From: Balanoglossus misakiensis
Taxonomy: Eukaryota > Animalia > Hemichordata
Direction: 5' to 3'
Assembly: GCA_040954595.2 (NCBI GenBank)
Contig: CM082593.2
Span: forward strand, 9,433,200-9,497,199
DNA: 64,000 nt
Shown here: positions 23,250 through 36,258 of the stretch, piece after piece
Layout: the number at the start of each line of letters is the position of its first letter
Numbering within the stretch: the stretch's first letter is position 1
Notes under the pieces: generated by a model
What the model was told of the DNA's origin: nothing
The model's input: the letters and a program-made list of their open reading frames with translations, nothing else
The model's database searches: none
Position numbers and translations under genes: made by a program

Positions 23250-24225
23250 GACCCTGTGACGACACGTTGGTCACGTGACCGGTTTATATTTTTTCTGCTA
23301 TTGCCCTATCGGTTCATAGTCGATTCTATTTTCCTATCACGTGATGGATTCTGGCGAATCACGGCACAGTATTAGCATGAGGTATATTATAAAGTAGAAT
23401 ATTGCCATGTTGATCTTCACTACAATATTAGTTAAAGTTATATAGCACTCTGTGATCAACGAGTTGAAAATACAGCATGAGCTGTAGTCCCCTTCATCAG
23501 CTGTACACGTAGAATGAACAGAGAAACAGAGAATCATGGGGTATTCAAAGTAGGAAATATGTGCAGGACCAGGTGCATCGATCAGAAATATTTCCTACAG
23601 TGGATTTTCTATCTGAGGATGGTGACTTCATGACCGCGATATTGTGCCCTTGAGCGAGGCACTTTACTTCTCATTGCTCTTGGGAGACTGGCTTTGTAGA
23701 GGTGATTTGCACCTGTTCTAGTCTTTCTACTAGACAAATTTTCTGTGTTTGCGATTGATGAATTACTGTCTAATGGGAAATTTTTGTAAACTTCGCGAGA
23801 ACCAACAAATGCGAATTAAAAAGTCATATAAAAATGTTTTTCAGGGATATTGGTGCAGTTAGTGAAATATAAGAATGCGAAATTTAATTGTAGCATAACA
23901 GCTGTCTCTATTGATATTGCGAAAATTTCTTGTCACAGAAATTTCCCGTTTTACAGTTCATAAATAAATCAACTAGATCTTTTTACTGCAGATGCCACAC
24001 CAACTAATCATCTGTTACCTGGACGACCAAGTCAAATTGGAAGTCAGTCTCCACAACAACTGTCATCCTCTCAACAGAAACTGATTCAACCAAGTCAGCC
24101 CCAGATGCAGGGCCAAGGTCAAAGGTCATCAATGCCTTTTGCCCAGCCTACCAGTTTACCAAACCAACCAGTATCCACTGTCACAGCAAACAGGACTCAA
24201 CAACCCAATGTGACTGTTTCAAGTA

Positions 24226-25414
24226 CAGTGGAACACCGATTATCCGAACCTGTTGGGCGGGTTAGATTTTGTTCGGATAATTGATTGTTCGGATAATCGA
24301 TTTTGGCACGTCCGAACAAAGGAAATTGACCACACCATTGGGGCATGCATATGTTACGATGTGTCCCACATGCACATGCATTTTCCATGCACTCACAAAA
24401 AGAAGTTAATATAAATAATAAAACACAATTCGTCTTCTTTTATATAAAAAATACATATATTAAGAGTTCAAAAGGTTAAGAAAGAAAAAAAGACGAAGTC
24501 AAAGCTGCAATGTTCTGATTCGTTCAACATCGTATGTAGCCGGTCATCGTACCAAACCATGAACGTGCGTAGGCCTTCCATGGCCACGGTAGATTTCGCT
24601 AGAGCTGGTGTCTCGTTCTCTTTATCGTCCTAATTTTTCATGCCATGAGTTTATTTCTGAGAAACAAAGTCGATGATTTCATCATACGTTAATGTTTCGA
24701 AGCTGTCATAGTTCTCGCTAGTCTCCAAATCGTCGATGTCAGTGACATTCAAACCAAGCAAAAGAAGCTCTCCGCACGAGGTCACTTCCGCAAGTGACGT
24801 CTTGGCTGTCATTCATATCGGCGCTGCCATGGTCACCGACGGCGACCCGACACGCCTTCACTGTGTCGCGGAATGAAGTCCATGCGTTTGAAAAGCCGTG
24901 TCTTTGATGTTGACACCTCGGACGATCTCCGCCGTCTGCTCGCACGAGTCGAAGACGGGCGATCTCATCCAACCCATGGCTTTCATTTGTATTATCAACG
25001 ACAGTGCTAAGCTTATTTCGGCGATAAATCTACTTCACACTATCAAAAAATTGACCAAAGCCGTGTCGACGCGACAAGTGACTTTTCGTGTTTTACACTT
25101 GAGTGTGAAATCCTAGTGTCGAATGTTACGATACCCGAAAGTGTGACACTCTGTTGTCGTAAAATGATTGAAATATTCAATGATAAAGACATTTTTAACA
25201 CGTCCCACCGCCCTTTACAACAGAAACAATTAGAACTGACCCAAGAAATCTGTCCGAAATGACAGTTTTCCTGCGGAAATATCACAGACCGCCGAGAAAA
25301 CAGGTGCTTGGCATGGCTAATTAAATGTTCAGGGACCGTACCCGGGACCGTACCAAAGCGTTCGGATAATCCGAAATTCGGATAATTGGTGTCCGGATAA
25401 TCGGTGTTCCACTG
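24226..25414. mobile_element. Non-autonomous Tc1/mariner (pogo/Tigger-like) element inserted in an exon
   Basis: TIR CAGTGGAACACCGATTATCCG / CGGATAATCGGTGTTCCACTG; TA duplicated (24224-25, 25415-16); empty site CAAGTATCCCC at about 12217-12227. Confidence 0.9.
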
Positions 25415-26727
25415 TATCCCCATGAGACAATTTTGTCCACCCAGGTACAGCTGTGGTCTACCTTCTGCTTTTTGAGATTCAAATTAGCTGTTTCTAGTTA
25501 CCCATCCTGTGAATTGAAAGCTTTTTATGACTGTATCGCATAGCCTTGTCTTACCATTGTCTACACAGTAGACTATTTATTTTCAAAACACATTCAAAAC
25601 TTCTGTTTTGGTTGCAAAAAAGCCACTCTGTAAATGGAAAGACTCTTTGGATAATGCCACAGACTCATTAATCAAATTCAAGTTTTAATGTGATTAATGT
25701 TGATAAGCCCTAAAACCTGATCCCTTCCAAATGTGAGTATGTGTGTTGAAAATAGGACTTTGAGAGTTGTAAGCTCAACATCGATTCAAAAATTGAAGTC
25801 ATGAATTAAAAAATGGGGTTTTGAATACTGGTCTTGATAATGCTTCATATTAACTAGGTTTGTTACTCTTTTTGGACAGGCAACTTCACCACCAAAGATG
25901 ACTTCCCAGCATGTGCCAGCTGCTGCACTGAAAGCCACAGAGGGTGTCATGCAAATGGCAAATGCTAGTCAGTTCAGTAAGATGCCACAAATTGCTGCTG
26001 TGAATTCTATCAACTAACAGCCACAGCAGAGATGGCCAGGTACAGATTCAAAGCCACAACGAGGTAGGTACAGTCAAACCTGTCTACAGTGGCCAGTCAA
26101 GGGACTTTCCTAAACTGGCATTTATAGACAGGTGGCTTCTATAGATAGGTCAGTTAATGTGCAATGTACATGTACATGAAATGAAACAAAGTTGCCACTA
26201 TAATAGAGGTGGCCACAAACACAGATTTGACTGTCATATATGTTATGTTGCCATGGCAGTCATTTACCATTAGTTTGAATATACTTTGCCAAAACCTGAG
26301 GAAAAAATATTCAAGTTCCCCTTTTCGTATTCCCCTATCAATGGTATAATACAACAGTGTCATGGTAAAATTTTGTGACATTTTTGCTAACTGCTAAAGC
26401 CCAAGTAACATTGTTTTTTTCAGTATTTTTCAGCGAAGGAATTAACCCTAGTTTCTTGTTCTGCTATGGATAGCTTTATGAAATGTTCAGTCTTTAGCTT
26501 CTATACAAAACTTGTACATGAGTAATGGCCATTGTGAATATTAAATGAACTCAGACGAGAATTCATTTTTCAACAATAACAATGCTGATCAATATATAAA
26601 ACGCCTTTGTTTGAAAACCAAACTCTGAATAAATTCTTAATGTTTTACAGAGTAGAATAAAGCTGATATCCAAAGTTAAGGTTGAAGTTATTGACGTTTT
26701 AATACTACTGTGTTTACTTATCAGCAG

Positions 26728-26875
26728 GTATGCAGTCAACGATGCGAACAGGAGTGCAGTCAACACAACCGACAGTACCTAATGTGAGCGACAGCAAAAT
26801 CCACCTGTCACCACTGGCACCAATGTTGTTCCAACTCTGACACAGCCACAAGTACATGTACAAAACCAGTCATTG
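26728..26875 (+). pseudogene. Probable last retained Q/T/P-rich exon of the MED25-like fragment
   Basis: CAG acceptor and GTATGT donor; low-complexity translation with an apparent frame disruption. Confidence 0.35.
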
Positions 26876-27396
26876 GTATGTTATGTTATGAGCTGAGTTG
26901 TAATACCCACCTATCCCTTTTGCCTGGCAAGTGACAGTTTATCACTTTTCAGTATTTCAATGGAACTGTATTTGGATAATTTGTTACCTAACATGACATC
27001 AGAAGATGGCAGCTTGATGTCTTAACTGAGGACATTGGATGACCAGTAGATAAAGATTTTCTTTGATATCAATGACATCAGACGCAGTTCCGTTGGCATC
27101 AAATTTCCAGCTGACGGGGAATTTCAGCAACGTGGTGCAAATGACGACTGTGCAGATGAATACCAAGATGCTGTTGAGGCACCATGCCTGATACATATTA
27201 CCTGTCTGGTGGTTCTAAAGTATAAACACATCCGGAAAAAAATATTTTACGGGATACCAATTGCGACAAATTATTCCCATCTTGTTATAAATCTGAGCCC
27301 AGGTGTCTTTGGTGTGAGATTCCAGTAGTCAAGAGTAGGCTTACCTTGAATAATGTAATGCTTGTAAATAATTTCTAATTTCTTCTTACCCTCCAG

Positions 27397-27515
27397 ATAT
27401 GAATGTCACAGTGGTGGAAATGCGTGCCAACACTATTGTCAGAATACCCATGGTAGTTATCTCTGCGCTTGCAGACCAGGATTCTATCTGCTGGAGGATG
27501 GCTATGCATGTGGCG
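27397..27515 (+). pseudogene. Calcium-binding EGF exon type a (4-bp deletion); second deleted copy at 32174-32292
   Basis: ECHSGGNACQHYCQNTHGSYLCACRPGFYLLEDGYAC; 119 bp versus 123 bp in the intact copy at 50371. Confidence 0.85.
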
Positions 27516-29486
27516 GTATGTAACTGTGGATATTGATCTCTTCTGTGGCTACACTGTTTGGGGATTGTATATTGCTATGGTTACAATCAGCTAAACACAC
27601 ATCCTGTCAGTCCATTGCACACATTTTAAAATTTGAAATCAACCGCACACTCGTACTGAACACATGTTTGTTGAAATTGTATCTCAGAATTTTTCCATTT
27701 ATAATTATGCATAATATAAACAAATTAACAAATGTGAAATTTTATCTTTGAAAATTTGTTTGCAAGGGTGAAAAAGTAATCTGTTTTTTTAAAAATCAGA
27801 CAAAGTTTTGCTGACAGGGTACACGAGTTTCAGGGGATTTTGTTAAAATGAGTACGGGCAAATCAACAGCTATCAATGGATGCACCACAGGAGTAGGTGT
27901 TGGTTCAAAACGCCTTTGGTACTTACAATCGTCCGGATCATATCAAAACGCGATGTGTTTGAATGCGACTGCATTTACTGACATCGAGAATGGCGGCCAC
28001 ATTGTGATGACCGCGTCGACCGATGCGCGCGATGAACGTACGTGACTGACCTCCCTTGTCATGATCTTGCGTGTTTTGATATCTGCACGTCATCTCTGAC
28101 GCATAAAGTAGTCGGAACAGCGAAAGGTTTTCACAAATTTTGTCAAAACTGCGTCGAAATGGCTTTCTGACATTGACTTCCGTGTCTACGCTGTGGACTC
28201 ACTAAGTATGACTGTTCAATGACGTTTTATGAATGGACCAATCCGGTTACGTATGGTAATGCGTCCCGGGTCAAAAGTCAAGTATTGTACTTCGGCCAGT
28301 AAAACTTGCAAGGGTTGTAGATTGCGGTGAATAAATATAAATAAATCGTGGAAAATTTGTATTAAAATCGTGATCTCTAAAAAAAGAGTGAGAACTTGAT
28401 TTTGAGTGATATTGCAGTACAAAATTACAAAAAAATACTTTTTATTCCTTGGGGAAGTGTTAATTATTCAGAAAAAAAATATATTCTGAAATTTTCCAAC
28501 TTCAGAATTTTTCCAACTGCAACAGAGGATATGATTATTTCATCAACTAACATGTAAAAGTTATTTAAAAAGTCAACTATGTCAATTAATGCATTATCTG
28601 GAAAGATACCTTTTACGTGTCATGAATTACTATAGTTAATATATAGATAAAGGCCTTCATGCAATATTACATACACCAACACTTCATTTTGCAGTACGTG
28701 AGCTGCGGTGTACTGGCTTTTGCACTTGTCTGAGCTGCAGAAAGTCTTATCATATTGAAATTTACAGAAGGCATTGTTCCCTGCTGTTTTAGAGCTGTGA
28801 GTTAACTGCGTAGAGCTGCCGTTTGTCTACACAATGTTCTAAAAAAGCTGTCAAAGAGAATTTGGTCTGCTGCCAACAAATGACAGCTCAGAACAACCAT
28901 TGCAGACCTGCAGATGAGCTGTGGATAGCTGACACAGCTCTAAATCAGAGCTGCAGCAGCTCTCTGCAGATCTGCAGGTTTGGTAAGGGATGTAGATGGT
29001 GAAAGGACGTGACAAGACTCGAATCTGAATCAGAATATGAATCTTGGGCTGTGGAACGTGAAACTTGAAACGTGAATCTTGAATTAGGCTTACCCTAATT
29101 TTTAATGGGTATATTCTTGATAACTCATCACCATGAATGATCATTTCAAAACTTAACAAGGCATATGGCTAAAGAGGATTCAGTGTTTGTGCACCTTCTA
29201 TCTGCAATGCTGGATCTATTGACAGTTTTCAAAGGGGTTTAAAGACTCGTCTTTTTATTCAGTACTTTCTATTTCATTCCATTGCTTTTTTGGTTAATAG
29301 GGACTGTCTTTCAGAACTCTTTGGTTTGTTTCGTGTTTTTAAGTGTAATTTATTATCCTTTAAGCTTTCACTTGTTTTCTAATTTTATTATTTTCTGTAG
29401 AAAATGCACTGAGATGTATGTGTATTATGTTTGTCAGGAAATAAATAATAATAAAATTAAAAATAATAAACTGTCTTTGATTTCAG

Positions 29487-29603
29487 ATGTCAATGAATGT
29501 ATGGAGAGAGCAGATCTTTGTGAAGGCCAGTGTGTGAATACAGCAGGCTCTTTTTATTGCACTTGTGTTGTGGGATATTGATTGGTCAATTGAGAGTGTA
29601 CAG
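29487..29603 (+). pseudogene. Calcium-binding EGF exon type b with stops; copies 33879-33995 and 57728-57835
   Basis: DVNECMERADLCEGQCVNTAGSFYCTCVVGY*; AG/GT phase 1-1; the TGA after GY is shared by all three copies. Confidence 0.85.
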
Positions 29604-29643
29604 GTAAGACCAGCACAATATGTGGGCAACGAAAGGTCCTGTA

Positions 29644-29797
29644 TCTGTAACTTTTGAATTTTTATTCAATATTATTCTGGGTGTCACCCATCATTTCTTG
29701 TTCAGCTCGGTGAAGCTAGGTCTGTAACTTTTGAATTTTTATTCAATATTATTCTGGGTGTCACCCATCATTTCTTGTTCAGCTCGGTGAAGCTAGG
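29644..29797 (+). repeat. Tandem duplication 2 x 77 bp
   Basis: TCTGTAACTTTTGAATTTTTATTC...GAAGCTAGG at 29644 and 29721. Confidence 0.9.
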
Positions 29798-30190
29798 TAA
29801 GCAATGTTGTTATTGTTTAAACATTGTATTCAAGCCTGGGTCTGGACTTGGATGCAATTTGTCAATAATAACAGTGATTGGTAACTGCATGTTTACATAA
29901 CTGGCTAACTGTTAAAAAGACCAGCTGTTCTATTTGGTGTGTGTACAGTACACATGCCATTGGCAGCTTATGGCTCAGTCAGTGTTTGCCTGTTGATTTC
30001 TCTATGTGTGTGTGTCTGTCTGTCTGTATATGTACTCCGGTGTAGACTTTTTTATTGTGTTATCCCTGAATGGGACCACTGTGTCCTTAACGCGATGTTT
30101 TACACTCAGCAGCGATATTTTGTCTAACACGAGTCAAAATATCCCCAACTCGTCTGAGAAATCTTATCCCAGGTCCTAAGGTTGTGAGAC

Positions 30191-30587
30191 TAATAGAATC
30201 TCACACTCCCAAGGACTTGGGATCATATTTCTCACATGTGTTGAGGATTTTCTGTCCCAAACAAGCTGCAGGCGAATGTGGGACAAGATATCCCCGACGA
30301 GTGTGAGAAATACGATCCCAGGTCCTTGGTGTGTGAGATTATTTTTCTCACACGGTCACAAATTAGCCAAATTCGTTAAATAAATGACTCTTGAACTGTC
30401 ATCTGGTACATTGTAGATTCAGTATCGCGTCATTGGATAACATTTAGCACATGTTGTTAAAGAACTCTTTGTCATCCAATCAGCGCTCGCATCATATACA
30501 GCTCTCGATTCAGTGAGAATGTGGGATTGATTTGTTCTCACACTCTGATCCAACACTCTCAGCATGCCAGGAGTGTGAGAATCTATT
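30191..30587 (+). mobile_element. Family-1 Crypton-like hairpin element, decayed; paralogs about 40770-41175, 45590-45957, 58352-58690
   Basis: Reverse-complement similarity to 91-456; apex AAGCTGCAGGCGA derivable from GAGCCGCAGGCGA by CpG decay. Confidence 0.7.
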
Positions 30588-32964
30588 ACGAGTTTGAAAT
30601 CTTAGGTGAAGAGTTTATCAATTTCACTGCCAACCCTGTAGGGCATTCTGGGATATGTGTTCATGCCAAAGCACAAACAGCCATGACCTGACAGCTCAGT
30701 TTGTAGATCATTTCTACAAATCCACAAAGAGACTCAAAGTTTAGAAATGTTGTGTCGGTTAGAAATATTAGACGTATCACTGTTAATACTTTATTTCAAA
30801 GCCATGTGAATTTGTTCACATTAGGGAAATTTTTTAAAGGAAGGGAGGATTGGTATTGACTTGAATAATTACAATGGATGTATTGTCCACCTCTATATAG
30901 TGCCCACTTTATTCTAGTCCCTGTGTAATTTATATCTACATTAATTGACTTTTCTACCAGGTATAATGGCCACCTGTCTATAAAGGCCAGTTTAGGAAAG
31001 TCCCTTTACTAGCCATAATGGACAGGTTTGACTGCACTTGTGTTGATTTCTGTCTGTAATACGTGTAACACAATCATAAAATTTTTCATAAAGAGGGCAC
31101 ACTTCCAAAATAAGGTGTCATCTCCAAGCAGACAATGTGAAAAAGGAGGCCGGTAGGTTACAGAGTACTGCTCGAGCTCATCTACTTTGTTGTATACATG
31201 ATACAAGTTGCGTGTAAAACTGACCTTACAATAAAATGTGGCTGTGGAAAGTCTGTCCCAACTATAGTGTTGATACACAAGACAAAGTTTTTACTCTTTG
31301 ACCAACTGGCCTCATGTTTGCGTCTTGGAAGGGCACCCTCTTTATGAAAAAGGCATATGATATCACTACAAGGAATAAATTAACATGATAGAACATTGCT
31401 GATTAATGTCATAGATCATGATAACATGAATGCATAGCAATGTTTTGTTACAATTTGGTACATAAAGAAATGGACTACTGTGACAGTATTGACTCTGGGC
31501 ACTACGTAGATGATTCCCAGCCTCAAAATTCTGACTTGCTTCACAGTTGGAAGAAGTCAGTTTTCAGGTTAACATGTATATTTGTACAGAGTGTGGCATT
31601 AGTGAGTGGTTGCATCACATCAATGCATGACAAAAGGTCATCACTGTGTAAGACTCAGAAATAGAATTTGAATACAAATCCTATTAAACAAAATATTCTA
31701 AAATTTACATGTTATTTTAACACCTGTTTACTCCTATAAAAGTGAGTGCACGTGTTTTCGAGGTCTCTTCAATTCAGAAGCCACTGTATAGGCCTTAGTT
31801 GGTGCATGTAGCTCGTAGACTTAGAAATTAAGTTTGGTTCAACTCAAACGCTTCAAGTCCAGTTGACCATCTCACACTTCTGACACTGGTGGGATTCAAA
31901 CCAACGCCATCGAAATGACTGCAGGTGCCTAAAACCCCTTGACTGTAGGACACAAATGCCTGACAGTGATATAACTATGTTATAATGTTACATCGACAAT
32001 ACATACGTTTGGGGATATGTTGTCTCAAATGATCAAATTGAGACAAATTATCCCCATCTTGTTATAAATCTGAGCCCAGGTGTCTTTGGTGTGAGATTCC
32101 AGTAGTCAAGAGTAGGCTTACCTTGAATAATGTAATGCTTGTAAATTATTTCTAATTTCTTCTTACCCTCCAGATATGAATGTCACAGTGGTGGAAATGC
32201 GTGCCAACACTATTGTCAGAATACCCATGGTAGTTATCTCTGCGCTTGCAGACAAGGCTTCAATGTGCTGGAGGATGGCCATGCATGTGCAGGTATGTAA
32301 CTGTGGATATTGATCTCTTCTGTGGCTACACTGTTTGGGGATTGTATATTGCTATGGTTACAATCAGCTAAACTCACATCCTGTCAGTCCATTGCACACA
32401 TTTTAAAATTTGAAATCAACCGCACACTCGTACTGAACACATGTTTGTTGAAATTGTATCTCAGAATTTTTCCATTTATAATTATGCATAATATAAACAA
32501 ATTAACAAATGTGAAAACTTATCTTTGAAAATTTGTTTGCAAGGGTGAAAAAGTAATCTGTTGTTTTAAAAATCAGACAAAGTTTTGCTGACAGGGTACA
32601 CGAGTTTCAGGGGATTTTGTTAAAATGAGAATGATAGAGAGTGTTAAAATTCCTAGATTCTGAGATTGCCATGGATATTGAGGACTTTGACGTAAAAACA
32701 ATTAATTGATCAAGAAATATGTGGTTAAGTATATGTGTGATCAACCTCACACTATACTATAAGACTGTCTGATATATTTATGCACAAGTACAATGTATTT
32801 TCACTACTTATATGCATAACTCAATCAAATTAACATAATTTATCGACCTATAGCTAAATAAATTACCACAGCAAAGAATAAATATACACTTAGAAAATTC
32901 ATATAGTTTTCATCTCATTTTAAAGAAATTATAAATGCTTCTCCGAGGGGTACAATAATTTTTA

Positions 32965-33487
32965 GGGTAAGCCTAATTCAAGATTCACGTTTCAAGATTC
33001 ACGTTTCATGTTCCACAGCCCAAGATGCATATTCTGATTCAGATTCCAGTCTTGTCTAATATGTTTATGCTGCCGTAACCAGGGGTGTGAACGATTGTTT
33101 ATTGTCCTCGATCCCCGCCCAAGCAAGGTTCCCCAAATATTGAAATTTACAGAAGGCATTGTTCTCTGCTGTTTTAGAGCTGTGAGTTAACTGCGTAGAG
33201 CTGCCGTTTGTCTACACAATGTTCTAAAAAAGCTGTCAAAGAGAATTTGGTCTGCTGCCAACAAATGACAGCTCAGAACAACCATTGCAGACCTGCAGAT
33301 GAGCTGTGGATAGCTGACACAGCTCTAAATCAGAGCTGCAGCAGCTCTCTGCAGATCTGCAGGTTTGGTAAGGGATGTAGATGGCGAAAGGACGTGACAA
33401 GACTCGAATCTGAATCAGAATATGAATCTTGGGCTGTGGAACGTGAAACGTGAAACTTGAAACGTGAATCTTGAATTAGGCTTACCC
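32965..33487. mobile_element. Mutator/MULE-type MITE
   Basis: TIRs of about 90 bp (GGGTAAGCCTAATTCAAGATTCACG...); 9-bp TSD TAATTTTTA (32956-32964, 33488-33496). Only the right part survives in the paralog ending near 29096. Confidence 0.8.
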
Positions 33488-34502
33488 TAATTTTTAATGG
33501 GTATATTCTTAATAACTCATCACCATGAATGATCATTTCAAAACTTAACAAGGCATATGGCTAAAGAGGATTCAGTGTTTGTGCACCTTCTATCTGCAAT
33601 GCTGGATCTATTGACAGTTTTATAAGGGGTTTAAAGACTCGTCTTTTTATTCAGTACTTTCTATTTCATTCCATTGCTTTTTTGGTTAATAGGGACTGTC
33701 TTTCAGAACTCTTTGGTTTGTTTCGTGTTTTTAAGTGTAATTTATTATCCTTTAAGCTTTCACTTGTTTTCTAATTTTATTATTTTCTGTAGAAAATGCG
33801 CTGAGATGTATGTGTATTATGTTTGTCAGGAAATAAATAATAATAAAATTAAAAATAATAAACTATCTTTGATTTCAGATGTCAATGAATGTATGGAGAG
33901 AGCAGATCTTTGTGAAGGCCAGTGTGTGAATACAGCAGGCTCTTTTTATTGCACTTGTGTTGTGGGATATTGATTGGTCAATTGAGAGTGTACAGGTAAG
34001 ACCAGCACAATATGTGGGCAACGAAAGGTCCTGTATCTGTAACTTTTGAATTTCTATGGCATAAATACCATACCTTTGATCCAACCTATAGCCTAATATA
34101 TCTCGCCCTCTAACGACCGCTGAGATAAAAAACTTTCCCCTGATTACGTCATACTCACCGAGTACATATACCACCTGTCCAGCCGTGAATATTCAGTATT
34201 ATTATCTCAGCACGAGACAGCGGACATCTTCTCTCTTGAGGTGTTGGATTTTTGTCAAGAAGTGCTCAGCCCTTCGACCATTGCTGCTTTTCGCCTGAGG
34301 TTTTTCGATTGGGGAAGTAGATAAGTAACGACTTATTTTCTAAACTGCTTGCTTGTGTTATTTTGGCACTTGCAAAGTTTGTTTTTCGGATTTTTCCCAC
34401 ACGTGTACGGGTCAGTGTGTAGGGCTTCTGCGGTATTGTCTTTTCATATAGCCTTCAGAAGCCATTTTTGCCCGTGCATTTTTTCGTGTTTTCACTGGAA
34501 CC

Positions 34503-36258
34503 ATGACGGAGAGAGTTTCTGACACCGCGTCGCGGTCGTCTTCTCGTACTCCTTCGGAAATAGAAGACTCTCAACTGCCTATTCCGGGTCAAGCTTTCCA
34601 TTCAGCGCACTCTGAAGAGCCTGATGTTTTTTTCTGAGTTAGCTAGGGGGTCATCCCAAGATGGCGGCCATGCTTCTGCTAGGGCTTCGCTCGCTTCGAA
34701 GCGATCCAAGTTGGATTCATCAGCTGCTAGGACGGTTGCAGAAACTCCTGTTTTGCCGGTTTCTTCCTTTTTGGATGCAGCAGTTCCGGGTCCGTCTCAT
34801 TTGGGAGGTGTTTCATCGGCGCAAACTGTTCAGTCAGGTGTTTGGCCGAATTATGCAGGTATGTCTTCTAGGTATTTTCATACGGTTCCTACCTCCGTCT
34901 TGGCTAATCCAGTGCCTTCGACGTCCATAGGTAGTGCCGGTAGTGTGTGGGGAGGGCTTCACGGCCCACCCCCTATGTGTGTACCAGACCAATTAGCTTC
35001 GGGAGTCGCTCAGGCTGGTGGGAATTTTCCCCCTCCGGGCTTCCAACAGTCGTGGGGTTTCCCATGGACTTGTCCTCCCTCTAATTTGGCGGCACCACTT
35101 CAGTCCACAAGCTGGGGTATGCCTGCTCAAGCTAATCGGGTCTCTGTGTTGGGCCAAAATCCTGTGCACAGTGGTCACACTGTCCCTGCCCCTCCTATTT
35201 CCTCCTTCGATGTTTCACAATCGGAGTCAGAGGGGCATGATGAGGACGAAGACAATTTGTCCGATCAAGAGGAAACTAGTCGCGCCAGTCAATGGGCTGA
35301 CGCGGTTATGCTAGTGTATAATACTGTACCCCCTGAGGAATGTCCCCCACCCACTGCTGAAGTGTCGGCAGAACAGCTGACGGCTTCTTTTGAACATGTG
35401 TTGGGTAAGGCAGCTGATCCGGTACACCGAAAGCTACCTTTTATTCCTCGTCTGTCGTCTCTGATAGACACGGTACATGCCGAGATTAACGGCACCAGGG
35501 ACTTTTGTTACACTGCTAACAAGAAACCTCAAGCTTGTTACCCTCAAGGGATGTCAAGTAATGTTTTCCCATTGGTGTCTAGACCTCAGGGTAGTCGCGT
35601 GTTTGATCTTACACGTGGACCATTCTACCACTCTGCACCAGCGGTTGATTAATCCGCAAAGCAGTTGGTAAGAAATAAAGAGGTTTTGAGGAATTATGTG
35701 ATTAGGGCTGAGGATTTTGCCCGCTTAGAGGCAACTACTCGTCTTTTCGCAAGGATCTCTAATTGCACTTTTCTGTTACTCTCAGCTTTAAGCAGAGAGC
35801 TTAAACCCATGCAGGAGGGTGAATCTACTCCTCAGATAGCAGAAAATTGGCAGCATGCCAAACTGTTGTTAACTGAAGCTGCTAAGGCTGTGGTTTATCA
35901 AGCAGAATTGAATTCTCGTATGGCAGCGTCTCAAGTGTTGATGACGCGTGACCATCTTATCAGTCATCTTCCTTTGGAAAGGGAGGCAGCTCGTACTGCC
36001 CGTCTTCTCCCATGGTCAGGTCCATTGGTTTTTAATGGGCAATTTGATGCTGTTCTTAGAACAAATGAGGAGTTGCTTAAGCAGAAGTTGGCTGTAGAAC
36101 AGTTAGCAGTAGCACAAGCTCAGTCTTCTGTCTCTGGGTCAAAGTTCACCGGCAAACGGAAGTTTGCTAGGAAGAGACCATTTAACAAGCAAAGGAAGGG
36201 TCAGCCCTTTCGTCAGCAGACTAAGCCCCCCAAAGTGGCTAGCAGCCAGCACAAGTGA
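34503..36258 (+). pseudogene. DIRS ORF1 (Gag-like), disrupted
   Basis: ATG at 34503; apparent frame change in the poly-T near 34630; in-frame TAA at 35650-35652 with the same frame continuing to 36258. Confidence 0.7.

Larger units (their letters stand above)
21484..23392 (-). mobile_element. Crypton DNA transposon, apparently autonomous, about 1909 bp
   Basis: Inserted between GAGATAT and AGTAGAAT (empty sites at about 9767-9781 and 11383-11397) with no TSD; single YR ORF and no RT; 21-bp inverted repeat 21678-21698 / 23372-23392; terminal hairpin 21486-21677. Confidence 0.9.
13120..26364 (+). repeat. Second copy of the host segment about 5269-13119 (older tandem duplication) with its own set of insertions
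   Basis: Junction at 13120 (ACCACACACAACTT, as at 5269); colinear similarity through exons and introns to ...GTGTCATG at about 26364. Confidence 0.85.

Noticed and set aside
27850-28750. Sequence replacing the left half of the MULE MITE in the first EGF unit
   Set aside because: Probably a transposon fragment, but no matching second terminus or TSD was found.
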